Assembly: GCA_964573055.1 (NCBI GenBank)
Contig: CAZNIG010000007.1
Location: forward strand, 11,545 to 75,544
Source of the DNA: an uncultured Dehalococcoidia bacterium
Lineage (GTDB): Bacteria > Chloroflexota > Dehalococcoidia > Lucifugimonadales > UBA2985
Direction: 5' to 3'
DNA: 64,000 nucleotides
Within the stretch, counting starts at the first letter, position 1. Each line of letters begins with the position of its first letter. The notes under the pieces were generated by a model. The model saw nothing but the letters and a program-made list of their open reading frames with translations. It made no database searches and was not told the origin of the DNA. This document shows positions 38,726-49,280 of this stretch, in pieces. The translations under genes and the position numbers were made by a program.

Positions 38726-38818
38726 GTATTAGTCTATATATAAATGCACAGACGCCTCAGAAGTTCAAGCACAAGTTCAGAATTAAATGAGCTACAAGTC
38801 ATTACTTATGCCCTAGAT

Positions 38819-39520
38819 CTATATTGGCTCTATATAAAGCTCCCTTCTAGCAACCATTAATCCTTCCTCTTCAGACACAATTACGGCAAAAGGGATAGTA
38901 TCTATAAGTAATGCATATTCTTTATCTTTCGGATGAAAATGAGGAAGTGCTGGATCGTCAAATTTCTGGGATTCTCCGCCTGACAGCACCAAGCTTCGAA
39001 CAGATTCATGGTCTGGCTTACGGCCTTCAAGTCTATTGCGCAGATACAATGCACATTGCTCATCCTCATCTGCTCTAACTGTCCCAGCAACCCCCATGGC
39101 AACTATACTAACCAAATCTGGATCATCTCTAAGTATAGATTCTGCAGTTGCTTCAGCCGTCAGAAAAGAAGCGGCATATATCCTATCGGCATTACGCGCT
39201 GCGTTTACACCTACAGTGCCTGCTCGAGTTGATTGTATTAGAATTTTGCCGGCCAGATCTGCTTGGGATATTTCGTAAGGCGAATTACCAAAATCAAACC
39301 CATCAGGGCGCACCCCCCCAACCTCTCCCATACAAACTGAACCGATACCATCATTCTTAAGATCTAGAGCCTCTTCTATTTCAGAGACAAGGATTATAGC
39401 CTCAGCACCGTTGTGCAGGGCTATTGCAGCCGTTGTAAACGCCCTATATACATCTATAATCACGGCAGTTCCTCTAGCCGATGATGCTGCATCTAACAAG
39501 CTTCCTATATTTATATTCAA
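38819..39520 (-). CDS. 2-phosphosulfolactate phosphatase (ComB) family protein
   Basis: AVIIDVYRAFTTAAIAL...FDFGNSPYE resembles the ComB family core. TTG start. Confidence 0.65.
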   Translation of the reverse strand: MNINIGSLLDAASSARGTAVIIDVYRAFTTAAIALHNGAEAIILVSEIEEALDLKNDGIGSVCMGEVGGVRPDGFDFGNSPYEISQADLAGKILIQSTRAGTVGVNAARNADRIYAASFLTAEATAESILRDDPDLVSIVAMGVAGTVRADEDEQCALYLRNRLEGRKPDHESVRSLVLSGGESQKFDDPALPHFHPKDKEYALLIDTIPFAVIVSEEEGLMVARRELYIEPI

Positions 39521-40022
39521 CTAGTTACTCCGAGTTAAAATTTCAGTCAATCTAATTTACAACATACATCGCTATAACTCTAGCATGGGGCTCATAGCCA
39601 TCAAATACCTGCTACATGCCCGCTCGAAAAAACATTCCTACTTCCTACAATATACAATCTACACCCATAATCTCGCATCAGCTTGATATATAACAAATGC
39701 AAAAGATAATAACTTTCCTAAAGGAATAATGGTTTAATATGCAATCCGAAGTTAGTGTATGGCCAAGCATTGTATGAAAGCCAGAATATTACCAAGTCTT
39801 TCAACAATTACTACCTAAGGCTATAATCAAATGTATGATTCTCACACGCTAGGTGGCGCCTTGGTATAGATTTGCCGCTCTCTAGCGAGGTCGTAACAAT
39901 TATGTTATATATACATCTGCTTATAGCCTAGTACAACATATCCAGGTTCAAGTAGATACATCACAGAATGGCAAACACAGTAAGAGCCAAAATTCATATA
40001 TTTTCTACTCGGGAGGACAAAA

Positions 40023-40766
40023 ATGCAGGAATTGGAACCAGTTGAACGAGCTTTAGTTGTTACCCCACATCCGGACGACTCAGAGTTCGGATGCGCAGGA
40101 ACTACAGCAAGATTAGTGTCTGAAGGTAAAGAAGTGTTCTACGTGGTGGCCACAAGTGGAAACAAGGGTGGGCGCGATAGTAACATGACTGCAGACTATC
40201 TTCTATCTACCCGACAAGACGAGCAGAAAAAGGCAGCGGCACTTCTCGGAGTATCAGAGGTGATTTTCCTGGATTTCGGTGATGGTGAACTCGAAGATGA
40301 CCATGCTTTCAGACGCGAGTTGGTATACCATATACGGCGTCTGAAACCAACAATAGTATTTACAACAGACCCTTTTAGATCATCATTCTATATCCACAGA
40401 GATCATCGCATCACAGGCCTAGTGACTATAGACGCTGTCTTCCCGTACGCTAGAGATCGCCTTCATTACCCTGAACACATAGAGATGGGGCTGAGCGGAC
40501 ACAACGTGGATGAGGTATTCTTCTGGGGCTCCGAACAACCCGATATATTCATAGATATCAGCAGCGTAATTGATTTAAAAATCGAGTCGTTGTTGGCACA
40601 CCGTAGCCAGATACAAGATTGGGTAGATGAAGCCGGTGGTGATGAGGCTTTCGGGAAAAGAATGAAAGATATGGGCCAAAGAAGCAACAGGAAATTCGGT
40701 GTATCTTACGAGCATGCTGAAGCTTTCAGGCGATATGGAATGAGGAGAAATACAGAGGATACATAA
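40023..40766 (+). CDS. PIG-L/LmbE family deacetylase
   Basis: VVTPHPDDSEFGCAGT and HRDHR motifs. GGGAGG precedes the ATG. Confidence 0.85.
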   Translation: MQELEPVERALVVTPHPDDSEFGCAGTTARLVSEGKEVFYVVATSGNKGGRDSNMTADYLLSTRQDEQKKAAALLGVSEVIFLDFGDGELEDDHAFRRELVYHIRRLKPTIVFTTDPFRSSFYIHRDHRITGLVTIDAVFPYARDRLHYPEHIEMGLSGHNVDEVFFWGSEQPDIFIDISSVIDLKIESLLAHRSQIQDWVDEAGGDEAFGKRMKDMGQRSNRKFGVSYEHAEAFRRYGMRRNTEDT

Positions 40767-40878
40767 CCCAATGAACCTATATACTTCACGCTTAGTTAAA
40801 GACTAAATTACCAACCAACATTAGATATTGGTATAGCTTAAGGTATACACGTATTGTATTGAGGAATGTAAATGTCCT

Positions 40879-41772
40879 TTATTGTTGAAGTGGCTTCAGC
40901 CTGTCGCAAAATGACTTCAATGCCTCAACACTACCTGCCCAATTCATCACTCCGTGTCCGGCCCCACCCACCGTTACCAACTCCGAGTTTCTTATTAAAT
41001 CAGAAAGTTCCTTGCCCAAATAATAAGGTACCTGCCCGTCAGCATCACCATGAATCACCAAGGTCGGAATTTCTATTTCGTCTAAACGATCAGTTAAATC
41101 CGAGTCAATATACGCATATTGATTTCTCAATTCTCCTACCACATATTTGATCTTTGTTCTCTCGTCCAATTTCGAGATCAGAGATTGTACCAACTTGGCT
41201 CGTTCAATCATCGCCCCTGCGCGATCTGGGGGTCTCGGCCCAGGCCCACCAGGAGCCATAACTATTTTACCCGGGCCTCTTTGCTCTTGTTCTATCCACT
41301 GGTATGCATCTACCGGACCAAGTTCGTTCAAGATTTTCATGCGATTGCGGATCTTTTCTCTTGCTTGAATCCTAGCTTCATGCATCCACATTCGAGATGA
41401 CGTGTTAGCCAAAACCAGTCCATACAGCCTATCTTGATGGTTCAAGGCGTAGGTTAACGCTACTGGCCCGCCAGCCGAAGATCCTAATACAAATGCCTTA
41501 TCTATGTTCAAATGATCAAGTAACGATTCCAAATCTTTGGACAAATCATCCAGAGTATAATCAACTTGAGGATATTCTGACTTGCCAGATGACCGCCTGT
41601 CATAAGAAATCACTGAGTAGCGATCCGTTAGTGGATCAGCCCAATCTATCAAATCTCTCGTGTACACACTTGAGGAAGCCCCACCATATCCCCCGTGTAT
41701 GAAAACTATTGGAACACCATTACCTATCGTGTCATAGTGAGTGTTAAATCCGTTTATCTTAGCAACTGGCAT
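40879..41772 (-). CDS. Alpha/beta hydrolase
   Basis: VFIHGGYGG, nucleophile elbow GSSAGG, C-terminal GAGHGV. Confidence 0.8.
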   Translation of the reverse strand: MPVAKINGFNTHYDTIGNGVPIVFIHGGYGGASSSVYTRDLIDWADPLTDRYSVISYDRRSSGKSEYPQVDYTLDDLSKDLESLLDHLNIDKAFVLGSSAGGPVALTYALNHQDRLYGLVLANTSSRMWMHEARIQAREKIRNRMKILNELGPVDAYQWIEQEQRGPGKIVMAPGGPGPRPPDRAGAMIERAKLVQSLISKLDERTKIKYVVGELRNQYAYIDSDLTDRLDEIEIPTLVIHGDADGQVPYYLGKELSDLIRNSELVTVGGAGHGVMNWAGSVEALKSFCDRLKPLQQ

Positions 41773-41828
41773 AAGAACCTAAACCATACATAAAAGAATT
41801 GCAATTGAATGTAGCCACCAAATAACCT

Positions 41829-42500
41829 CTAATTTGTGATCCATGATATTCCATTCAAAATTACCTTTTGAAACTCAGGAGTTTGGAAACTAAGCCCGTT
41901 ATGACCCAATAGAATCACAAACACTTTGCCATCGCCATATTTCCTAGTCCACCCTAACGGGAACGTGGCACTTGGCATGTATGTTTCTTTACCTCTCCAA
42001 ACGTAAGTTCCCTCTTCAGAGGTAGCCGACATTAATACCTGGTTGCCTTTGAGGTATTCAATACCCATATATAGCTCGTCCTGAGTAACGAAATCTGATA
42101 CACCTTCAACCACAGGGTGGTCATCACCCTGAATGTTGACTGTAAATCCTCCAAATGGTGGATGAAAACTTTTTGTCATATCCCATCCACCTCCGGTAAT
42201 GTCTCGATATTCTGGCCAGGATTCTTGCCCGCATCCAGATATATGTATGCATATAAAGCCCTTCCCGCCAGAAATGAAACTTTCTATCACATCCCGCTCT
42301 GGAAGGGTGAAGGATGTCTCTCCTATTCGAAGAGTGTTGAAAATCAAAACATCAAAATTATCAATGATAGAATCCGCGGTTAGAATTTCTGTAGTCCAAT
42401 GAACACTCACATCATGGCCGGCGCGTTTCAAGAAACCATCCAATACGGGTGTAGATTCTTCATATGGATGCCGCCCCCCAGAAATAACAAGAAGCCTCAT
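41829..42500 (-). CDS. ThuA-domain protein
   Basis: Class-I glutamine-amidotransferase-like layout with FICIH..., FHPPFGGFTV, HPVVEGV, DELY, GKVFVILLGHN, as in ThuA. GAGGTG precedes the ATG. Confidence 0.7.
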   Translation of the reverse strand: MRLLVISGGRHPYEESTPVLDGFLKRAGHDVSVHWTTEILTADSIIDNFDVLIFNTLRIGETSFTLPERDVIESFISGGKGFICIHISGCGQESWPEYRDITGGGWDMTKSFHPPFGGFTVNIQGDDHPVVEGVSDFVTQDELYMGIEYLKGNQVLMSATSEEGTYVWRGKETYMPSATFPLGWTRKYGDGKVFVILLGHNGLSFQTPEFQKVILNGISWITN

Positions 42501-42722
42501 TGAAGCACCTCAGTAATTTGCTGTATAACAATTCATCGAAATATTTTAAGTTGGCCCTTTATCTATATCCACAGAACTTCGGATTCACTGTCTCGCCAGA
42601 CGAAAAGGCCCCTCCAGCCAAATCTGTCAACCCATCTATAGCGAATCAATTATCGAGTATTCTTCGTGGATTGCTTAAGATTTAGCTACATAGGACCCAA
42701 TTGACTCATTCACATTGCAAAT

Positions 42723-42799
42723 TGGTGGGCCGTCAGGGATTCGAACCCTGGACACCCTGATTAAAAGTCAGGTGCTCTGCCAAGCTGAGCTAACGGCCC
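42723..42799 (-). tRNA. tRNA-Lys (anticodon TTT)
   Basis: The reverse complement folds as GGGCCGT-TA-GCTC-AGCTTGGCA-GAGC-A-CCTGA-CTTTTAA-TCAGG-GTGTC-CAGGG-TTCGAAT-CCCTG-ACGGCCC-A-CCA. Confidence 0.9.
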
Positions 42800-42849
42800 A
42801 TGTAGGCAGGCCGATTCTATACTAGGTACAAATGATTTTCAACATAAGC

Positions 42850-43452
42850 TTATGTATTTTCATTCATATCGTCTGCCGTCTTTAAAGAGAATTCTGGGAA
42901 AGGCCAATACCGAAGCTTAACTTTCCCGACGATTTCATCGATACTAACATTCCCCCAATGCCTTGAATCGCTACTTCCGTCTCGGTTATCACCTAAAACG
43001 AAATAACTGTTGGGTTCTATAAGTGTCGGCTCCATATACGAATTACCGCGTATGCCCAAGTAAGGCTCATCCAGCTCTTCCCCATTAATGAAGACAAACC
43101 CGTTTTTGATGGTAAGCATTTCTCCAGGGAGACCTACTACTCTCTTTACAAAATCCCGACTGGGGTCAATCGGGTATTGAAAAACTATTATGTCACCACG
43201 ACGCGGAGGTTGAAATGGAAACAGAATGCGTTGCTCATCCCAAAAATTAATAAAAGGAACGAGCCTTTCAAGTTTTTTGTTGTCAATGTTAAAGTAAACC
43301 AGCTTGTTCACTACAAGCCTATCCTTAGGATACAAGGTACCTTCCATGCTAGATAATTCCACTCTGTAATTGCGAAAGCTAGACTGCAGAAGAAAGAATA
43401 TTACGAGCGCCAAAGCAATCGTCTCTAAAAGTTCTTTTAACAAATCCTTCAT
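42850..43452 (-). CDS. lepB: Signal peptidase I
   Basis: Catalytic Ser box SSMEGTL, Lys box (DFVKRVVGLPGE), GDNRDGSSDSRHWG. ATG 43452 (MKDLLKEL, GAGG upstream) is preferred. The ORF is open from GTG 43527. Confidence 0.85.
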   Translation of the reverse strand: MKDLLKELLETIALALVIFFLLQSSFRNYRVELSSMEGTLYPKDRLVVNKLVYFNIDNKKLERLVPFINFWDEQRILFPFQPPRRGDIIVFQYPIDPSRDFVKRVVGLPGEMLTIKNGFVFINGEELDEPYLGIRGNSYMEPTLIEPNSYFVLGDNRDGSSDSRHWGNVSIDEIVGKVKLRYWPFPEFSLKTADDMNENT

Positions 43453-43830
43453 CTTCGCCTCTAGCAAATCCTCGTACCTTAGATAATCAGGTGGGTCATT
43501 ATAGCGACATAAATGCCCAGTAGTCACCTAGACAGGCATAACTCCGGTCTCCAAAGAATTTTACTTTATATATCTAAATCACAAAACGTGAGGACCCACA
43601 TCACCAAGTCTATATTATCGAAAGGTCAAATTATGCCTATGCAGCTAGATTATTCGCAGGCATTTCATTATACTCAACGGTAGTCGTCCTAAATGCATGT
43701 AACATGCTCGACGGTACTAAGTTCCTGAATGTTCCTGTAGTTACTCTATCGGGAGATTACCGTCGGTCCATGGAACCAACTCAAGGCAATCCAAAAGATA
43801 AATACAACACTAGTTAGGAGTCGCTTAGTT

Positions 43831-44682
43831 ATGAGGAAGGTTAGCGGTATCTGCTTTCTTATATCATCCCTGGTCATAGTAACATCGATCGCTTGTACCT
43901 CTGTCCCACAAGAAACCTCCGCCCAAAGCGACTCCGTGGAACTTAATTCTGGTACTACATCGCAGACTCGGGTCAACTATTCCGGTTTATCTGGAATTAC
44001 CAATACCGGACAGTCACAGCAATCAGGAATATGGGTTACCGGTAAAGGTAAAGTCACCCTCGAACCTGACTTGGCTTTGCTAGATATGGGGATTGAAGCG
44101 AGGTCGAAGAGCGTTGAACAGGCACGTTATGACGCCGCAACCAGCATGAACAAAATAGTATCCAGCCTTAAAACATCCGGCATAGAAGATAAAGATATTC
44201 AAACCCGTTCCTTCAATATTTCACCCCAATATATCTGGGAAGAAGTAGTTGAAGATGGCAGAAGGCGTAGTAAGCAAGTACTGACAGGATACCAAGTAAC
44301 TCACAATTTGCAGATCAAGATCAGAGATTTAGACGAAGACAGACTTGGAATTGTAATAGACCAATCTGTAGTGGCTGGTGGAGACAATTCCAGGATAAAT
44401 AGCATTCAATTCACGATAGAGGATTCCTATGCAGCCCAAAATCAGGCTAGGGAATTGGCTATAGAAGATGGTTTGGCAAAGGCTCAGCTATTCGCGGATC
44501 GTACTGGGGTAATTAGAGGGACGCTGGTTTTTATAACAGAAAACAACACGACAGGCATAGAGCCAAGGACCAGCGTGGATTTCGCTAGAGCTAGCATGGC
44601 TTTAGAAAGCGATACGCACATTAACTCAGGCGAACTGGAAGTACAAGCAGCAGTCCAGATGATATTCAATATAGAAAACTAA
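43831..44682 (+). CDS. SIMPL/DUF541 domain lipoprotein
   Basis: Signal peptide with IAC lipobox. GKGKVTLEPDLALLDMGIEA...GYQVTHNLQIKIRDLD is typical of SIMPL. AGGAG precedes the ATG. Confidence 0.8.
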   Translation: MRKVSGICFLISSLVIVTSIACTSVPQETSAQSDSVELNSGTTSQTRVNYSGLSGITNTGQSQQSGIWVTGKGKVTLEPDLALLDMGIEARSKSVEQARYDAATSMNKIVSSLKTSGIEDKDIQTRSFNISPQYIWEEVVEDGRRRSKQVLTGYQVTHNLQIKIRDLDEDRLGIVIDQSVVAGGDNSRINSIQFTIEDSYAAQNQARELAIEDGLAKAQLFADRTGVIRGTLVFITENNTTGIEPRTSVDFARASMALESDTHINSGELEVQAAVQMIFNIEN

Positions 44683-44792
44683 GATATATATCGGCTCGTC
44701 TGAACACAAATCCGGCTGAACCTAAACAATTCAAGAATACCCAAAGATTGTTTTACAGCGACGTGGTGATTAATTCCAACAAAGCATCAGGA

Positions 44793-47700
44793 CTACGCTA
44801 ACCTAGCTTCCAATACCTGCTGATCTACACTATTTAGATTGAAGTATTTTGATTCGCTATGATGGAACACCAAGGCGCTTACAGAAGCCTCAGGATCCAT
44901 CATAAAACCCTCCGTAAGATCTACACCTATTCGCTTGTCCGGCTCTATAAGCCTCCACAACTGCTCTTGGTCTTCTAGCCTTGGACAAGCCGGGTAGCCG
45001 AACGAGAACCTTTTACCTTTATAATCCGCCCTAAACAAATCCTGATTTGTTATACCAACCGGATCACCAAATCCCCACATAGACCTGATCCGCTGATGTA
45101 TTATCTCAGCGAATGCTTCAGCGCCTTCCAAAGCTAGTACCTGCAGTATATGTGCGTTCAGATATTCACCTTCTGCCATCCATTTTTCAGAAAGTTTTCT
45201 TACCCCAGGGCCAACATTTGTGACAAAACAACATATATAATCCGGGTTAGTCGCAGAGGCATTCAGGACATAATCCGCCAGGCATAGCCCATCTCCAGAT
45301 TGCTGCCTGCCAAATTGAAAGCGTTCTATAACAGACTTACCATCAGGCGCAAGGATAACCACATCATCCCCGTCAGATGCGGCCCTGAAAAACTGATACA
45401 CCGCACTTGCCTTTATATCATTCCTTGCGATTACAACATTCTCAATTTCTTGAACACGATGCTTCAATTCGATTGCCCTAGGATCGCCCATCGCCAACGA
45501 TTCTTCGAATCTGCCTTTGTAACCAAGATGCCTAGTGTAAAGCATCACCGGGTTTACATACGAGAATATCTCTGATAGGTCATGATCACCTATGACGTGA
45601 GACCTAAGGTCTGGTGGTACTGGCGGATTGGAAACAGGCGAAACATTAGACTTGATAGCAAGTTTTTCAACTCTTGATTCAGAAGAGGAGGCCCTCTTTT
45701 CATCAGCCCTGGCAATTGATAAGCTCTCTTCCTCTACTCTAACTCTTAGGGACTCCCTAAGAGATGGATCACGGATCTGGTTAGCTAAGAAGAGCCCATC
45801 CATGGCGTCCTGAGCATAAGCCACCAAGCCGTCATACTCAGGTGCTATGCGAGTCCTTGTATACCTGTTACTTAGGGCTGCTCCACCAACAAGAATTGGG
45901 GCACTTATCCCAGCTATTTTCAAATCTCTAGCAGTTTCCAACATCATCTGTGCAGACTTAACTAATAGCCCAGACAACCCAATAATATCCGGACTATTCT
46001 TTCTAAACCCGTCTATTAAATCCTGTGGCGGGACCTTTATCCCAAGGTTAAGCACTTTATAACCGTTATTGGACAATATGATTTCGACAAGATTCTTGCC
46101 TATATCATGAACATCGCCTTTAACTGTGGCTAACATCACGGTCCCACGGCTACTCGTTTCACTTTTGTCCATATGCGGCTCAAGGTGCGATACCGCGGCC
46201 TTCATAGATTCTGCAGAACTAAGTACCTCAGCCACAATCAATTCATTGCTGGCAAAAAGGCGACCCACCTCATCCATTCCCTTAAGTAGAGGCCCATTTA
46301 TTATCTCGAGCGGGGTACGATCCTTCAAAGCTTCGTCCAAATCCTCGAGTAGCCCTTCTTTTGTACCCTCTATTACACAACTTGCGATTCTTTCATCCAA
46401 AGGCAATAATGCTCGGTCTTCCTGACTACGCTCGACCTTTTTACCTCTAAAGTGATCTGCGAACGCTCCTATTGGATCTTCGCCGCGCCACCATATTAAA
46501 TCCTCTGCCAGTTGCCTTTCTTCCTGCGATATAGATGCGTAACGTTGGACAAGTTGCGAATTCACTATCGCCATATCAAGCCCGGCCTGAACACAGTGAT
46601 AAAGAAACACTGAGTTCAAAACTTCACGTCCTAACGGAGGAAGCCCAAATGAAACGTTGGATATCCCCAAAACTGTTTTAGTCTTCGGCAGGTGTTGTTT
46701 TATCAGCCGTATTCCTTCTATGGTCTCTAATCCCGACCCTATGTAATTTTCATCCCCTGTAGCGATTGGAAATACAAGTGGATCGAAGATAATATCCTGT
46801 GGAAGGACACCATAATCCTCAGTAAGAATCCTGTAGGAACGCTGCGCTATTTCAAGTTTTCTTTCGCGAGTCACGGCTTGAGCTTGAGATTTATCCTCAT
46901 CTATACACCCCACCACTAATGCCGCCCCGAAACGTTTTGCCAGTGGCACAACAGAACGAAATCTTTCCTCTCCATCTTCCAGATTAATGGAATTTATAAT
47001 GCATTTACCAGGCGTCAACTTCAATGCTTCAGCTAACACTGCCGCATCAGTTGTATCCAACATTATGCTCACTTTGATTTTCTTGGTGAGGGCCTCAAGA
47101 AAACTTATTACATCGGATATCTCGTCTCTATCCGGATCTTGCAAGCATACATCTAATACTTGCGCTCCTCCACGAACCTGGTGCCTCCCAATTTCGGCCA
47201 TCTCTTCCCATTTGGCCTCCGCAACCAATCGCTTAAATTGTCTACTACCCAAAACATTAGTTCGCTCTCCAACCAATACAGGCCTGTTATCATCCTCAAT
47301 AGTCAAAGCCTCAAGACCTGACACAAAAGTTTCACTACCAAATACTGGCTGCCTTGGCCTCAATGCGGCAGTTGCCTCAACCAAATGCTTTATATGTTCA
47401 GGGGTTGTTCCACAGCATCCCCCAACGACGTTGGCCCATCCGGCTAAACAAAATTCTGTTACCGTAGACGAGAACGTCGAAGGAATTTCATTGTAGTTTC
47501 CGTCCTCATCTGGCAGTCCAGCATTAGGTATCACCGCTACTGGAAATCTTGACAGACTTGAAAGTGTTCTCAAGTGGTCCCTCATAAAGGAGGGGCCTGT
47601 GGCACAATTCATACCTATCCATAGTAAGTTACGGTGAGCCACGGTAGCGTAGAACGCCTCTATATCCTGCCCACCCAAAGTTGTTCCCATTGCCTCTATC

Positions 47701-48293
47701 GTACATTGGATCGCCAACGGGATCTCAAAACCAAGATCATCAGACAATCTATCGATCGCAGCAAAGCCTGCTTTTACATTCAAGGCATCTTGAGAGGTTT
47801 CCAAAAGAAGAACGTCTGCCCCACCATCTATAAGTCCTTTGGCCTGTACGTAGTAATGATCAGACAGTTCGTCCCAACTCACCCCACCCGTCACAGATAT
47901 CGACTTAGTAGTAGGACCCATGGAGCCTGCAACAAAAACTGCATCACCAGTGAGACCTTTTTCGTCTGCAACCTCGCGAGCCAACGAAGCGGCCATCTTA
48001 CTTATCTCGTAAGCCTTTTCGCTAAGCCCATATTCTGCCAACACTAATGGCGTACTCCCAAAAGAATTAGTTTCCAGAATATGGGCGCCCGCCTCCGCAT
48101 ATTGCTGGTGTATAAACCTAATTGCATCAGGATTAGTCAGGTTTAGATTCTCATTGCAGCCCTCGTACTCAGCGCCACCAAAGTCAGTAGCAGTAAGATC
48201 CAGCGATTGTATAAATGTACCCATGGCCCCATCAACCACAAGAATACCTTCGCTAATTCTTTGCTTCAGTTGTGATAATCTATCGATATTCAT
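44793..48293 (-). CDS. metH: Cobalamin-dependent methionine synthase
   Basis: All modules are present: Hcy (ILVVDGAMGT, GGCCGTTPEHI), pterin, B12 cap/binding (GDVHDIGKN), and the AdoMet activation domain. ATG 48293 is preferred. The ORF is open from GTG 48320. Confidence 0.95.
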   Translation of the reverse strand: MNIDRLSQLKQRISEGILVVDGAMGTFIQSLDLTATDFGGAEYEGCNENLNLTNPDAIRFIHQQYAEAGAHILETNSFGSTPLVLAEYGLSEKAYEISKMAASLAREVADEKGLTGDAVFVAGSMGPTTKSISVTGGVSWDELSDHYYVQAKGLIDGGADVLLLETSQDALNVKAGFAAIDRLSDDLGFEIPLAIQCTIEAMGTTLGGQDIEAFYATVAHRNLLWIGMNCATGPSFMRDHLRTLSSLSRFPVAVIPNAGLPDEDGNYNEIPSTFSSTVTEFCLAGWANVVGGCCGTTPEHIKHLVEATAALRPRQPVFGSETFVSGLEALTIEDDNRPVLVGERTNVLGSRQFKRLVAEAKWEEMAEIGRHQVRGGAQVLDVCLQDPDRDEISDVISFLEALTKKIKVSIMLDTTDAAVLAEALKLTPGKCIINSINLEDGEERFRSVVPLAKRFGAALVVGCIDEDKSQAQAVTRERKLEIAQRSYRILTEDYGVLPQDIIFDPLVFPIATGDENYIGSGLETIEGIRLIKQHLPKTKTVLGISNVSFGLPPLGREVLNSVFLYHCVQAGLDMAIVNSQLVQRYASISQEERQLAEDLIWWRGEDPIGAFADHFRGKKVERSQEDRALLPLDERIASCVIEGTKEGLLEDLDEALKDRTPLEIINGPLLKGMDEVGRLFASNELIVAEVLSSAESMKAAVSHLEPHMDKSETSSRGTVMLATVKGDVHDIGKNLVEIILSNNGYKVLNLGIKVPPQDLIDGFRKNSPDIIGLSGLLVKSAQMMLETARDLKIAGISAPILVGGAALSNRYTRTRIAPEYDGLVAYAQDAMDGLFLANQIRDPSLRESLRVRVEEESLSIARADEKRASSSESRVEKLAIKSNVSPVSNPPVPPDLRSHVIGDHDLSEIFSYVNPVMLYTRHLGYKGRFEESLAMGDPRAIELKHRVQEIENVVIARNDIKASAVYQFFRAASDGDDVVILAPDGKSVIERFQFGRQQSGDGLCLADYVLNASATNPDYICCFVTNVGPGVRKLSEKWMAEGEYLNAHILQVLALEGAEAFAEIIHQRIRSMWGFGDPVGITNQDLFRADYKGKRFSFGYPACPRLEDQEQLWRLIEPDKRIGVDLTEGFMMDPEASVSALVFHHSESKYFNLNSVDQQVLEARLA

Positions 48294-48435
48294 AAGTAAC
48301 TGCCCTGTAGAATAAGACACCGCAGCCAGCAGGCCAAATTACTTACCCTTCAGTTAGTGAATACTTAGGGCAAGCAAATAAGCCTTGTTATACTCATCGG
48401 ACATTGGAAGCGAGTGGAGCCTCAACCATGTCACA

Positions 48436-49230
48436 TTAAACAGGCTTCGTTGCGACCACTTTTACGCTGGCAACACTTGGACGTCTGCCCTCTTGGGGCT
48501 TGGCTTCGCCCTCCTGGGTTAAGGATATACCAGTGAATCCAGCCCTCGCGAGCCTATCTGTGTACACCCCTTGATCCTCAGCCCCAGCTATACAACAAGC
48601 CCATTCATACAGGTCTAGCTCGACTCCATCAGCGTTTTGGCCCAGCGCCATCATGTCAGATATATGTATCCTGCCTCCGGGCGTCAACACCCTGAAAGCT
48701 TCCGTAATAACCGCATCTTTATCCGGAGACAAGCAAATCACACAATTCGATATGACAACATCCACGCTCTTATCTGGTAAAGGAATCTTTTCCATTTCCG
48801 AATGTATAAATTCCACATTACGCGCGCCGAGGTTCTCAGCATTCTTTCGCGCCAAGGATATCATATCTGCTGTCATGTCTAATCCGATTACGTGACCATC
48901 TGCGCCAACCTGCCGGGCAGCAAGAAAGCAATCTATACCACCACCCGAGCCCAGGTCCAAAACTTTTTCACCTAGCTTTAGACCTGCTAAGGCAATCGGA
49001 TTTCCGCAGCCAGCAGAAGCCGCAATCGCCTCTACTGGTAAACCATCAAGCTCTTTCGAAAGATAAATGTTAGGGTACGGATCCCCACCAGCATCAAGGT
49101 CTATTTCACAAAACTCGTCTGTACAGATCGCGTTGTTGTCCTGAATTATTGGGAGTAGAGACGCACTACGAGCCCGCAAAGCATATACTTCTCTAACCTT
49201 ATTCCTGATGTCGTCATGGTCATTCTTCAT
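48436..49230 (-). CDS. arsM: ArsM-like SAM-dependent (arsenite) methyltransferase
   Basis: [20 protein letters not shown]...[16 protein letters not shown]...WACCIAGA closely follows the ArsM pattern, including the conserved Cys positions. AGGAG precedes the ATG. Confidence 0.7.
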   Translation of the reverse strand: MKNDHDDIRNKVREVYALRARSASLLPIIQDNNAICTDEFCEIDLDAGGDPYPNIYLSKELDGLPVEAIAASAGCGNPIALAGLKLGEKVLDLGSGGGIDCFLAARQVGADGHVIGLDMTADMISLARKNAENLGARNVEFIHSEMEKIPLPDKSVDVVISNCVICLSPDKDAVITEAFRVLTPGGRIHISDMMALGQNADGVELDLYEWACCIAGAEDQGVYTDRLARAGFTGISLTQEGEAKPQEGRRPSVASVKVVATKPV

Positions 49231-49280
49231 GTTGTACTCCTAGGCCAATATTATCTTCTAAAGGTCAAGTATTGCCAATA

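Noticed and set aside
48294-48435. SAH, SAM or cobalamin riboswitch in the metH leader
   Set aside because: The leader is about 140 nt. It has no B12 box (GCCACTG-like), no SAH-riboswitch GAGGAGCG...GGCGCUC pairing, and no obvious multi-stem junction.
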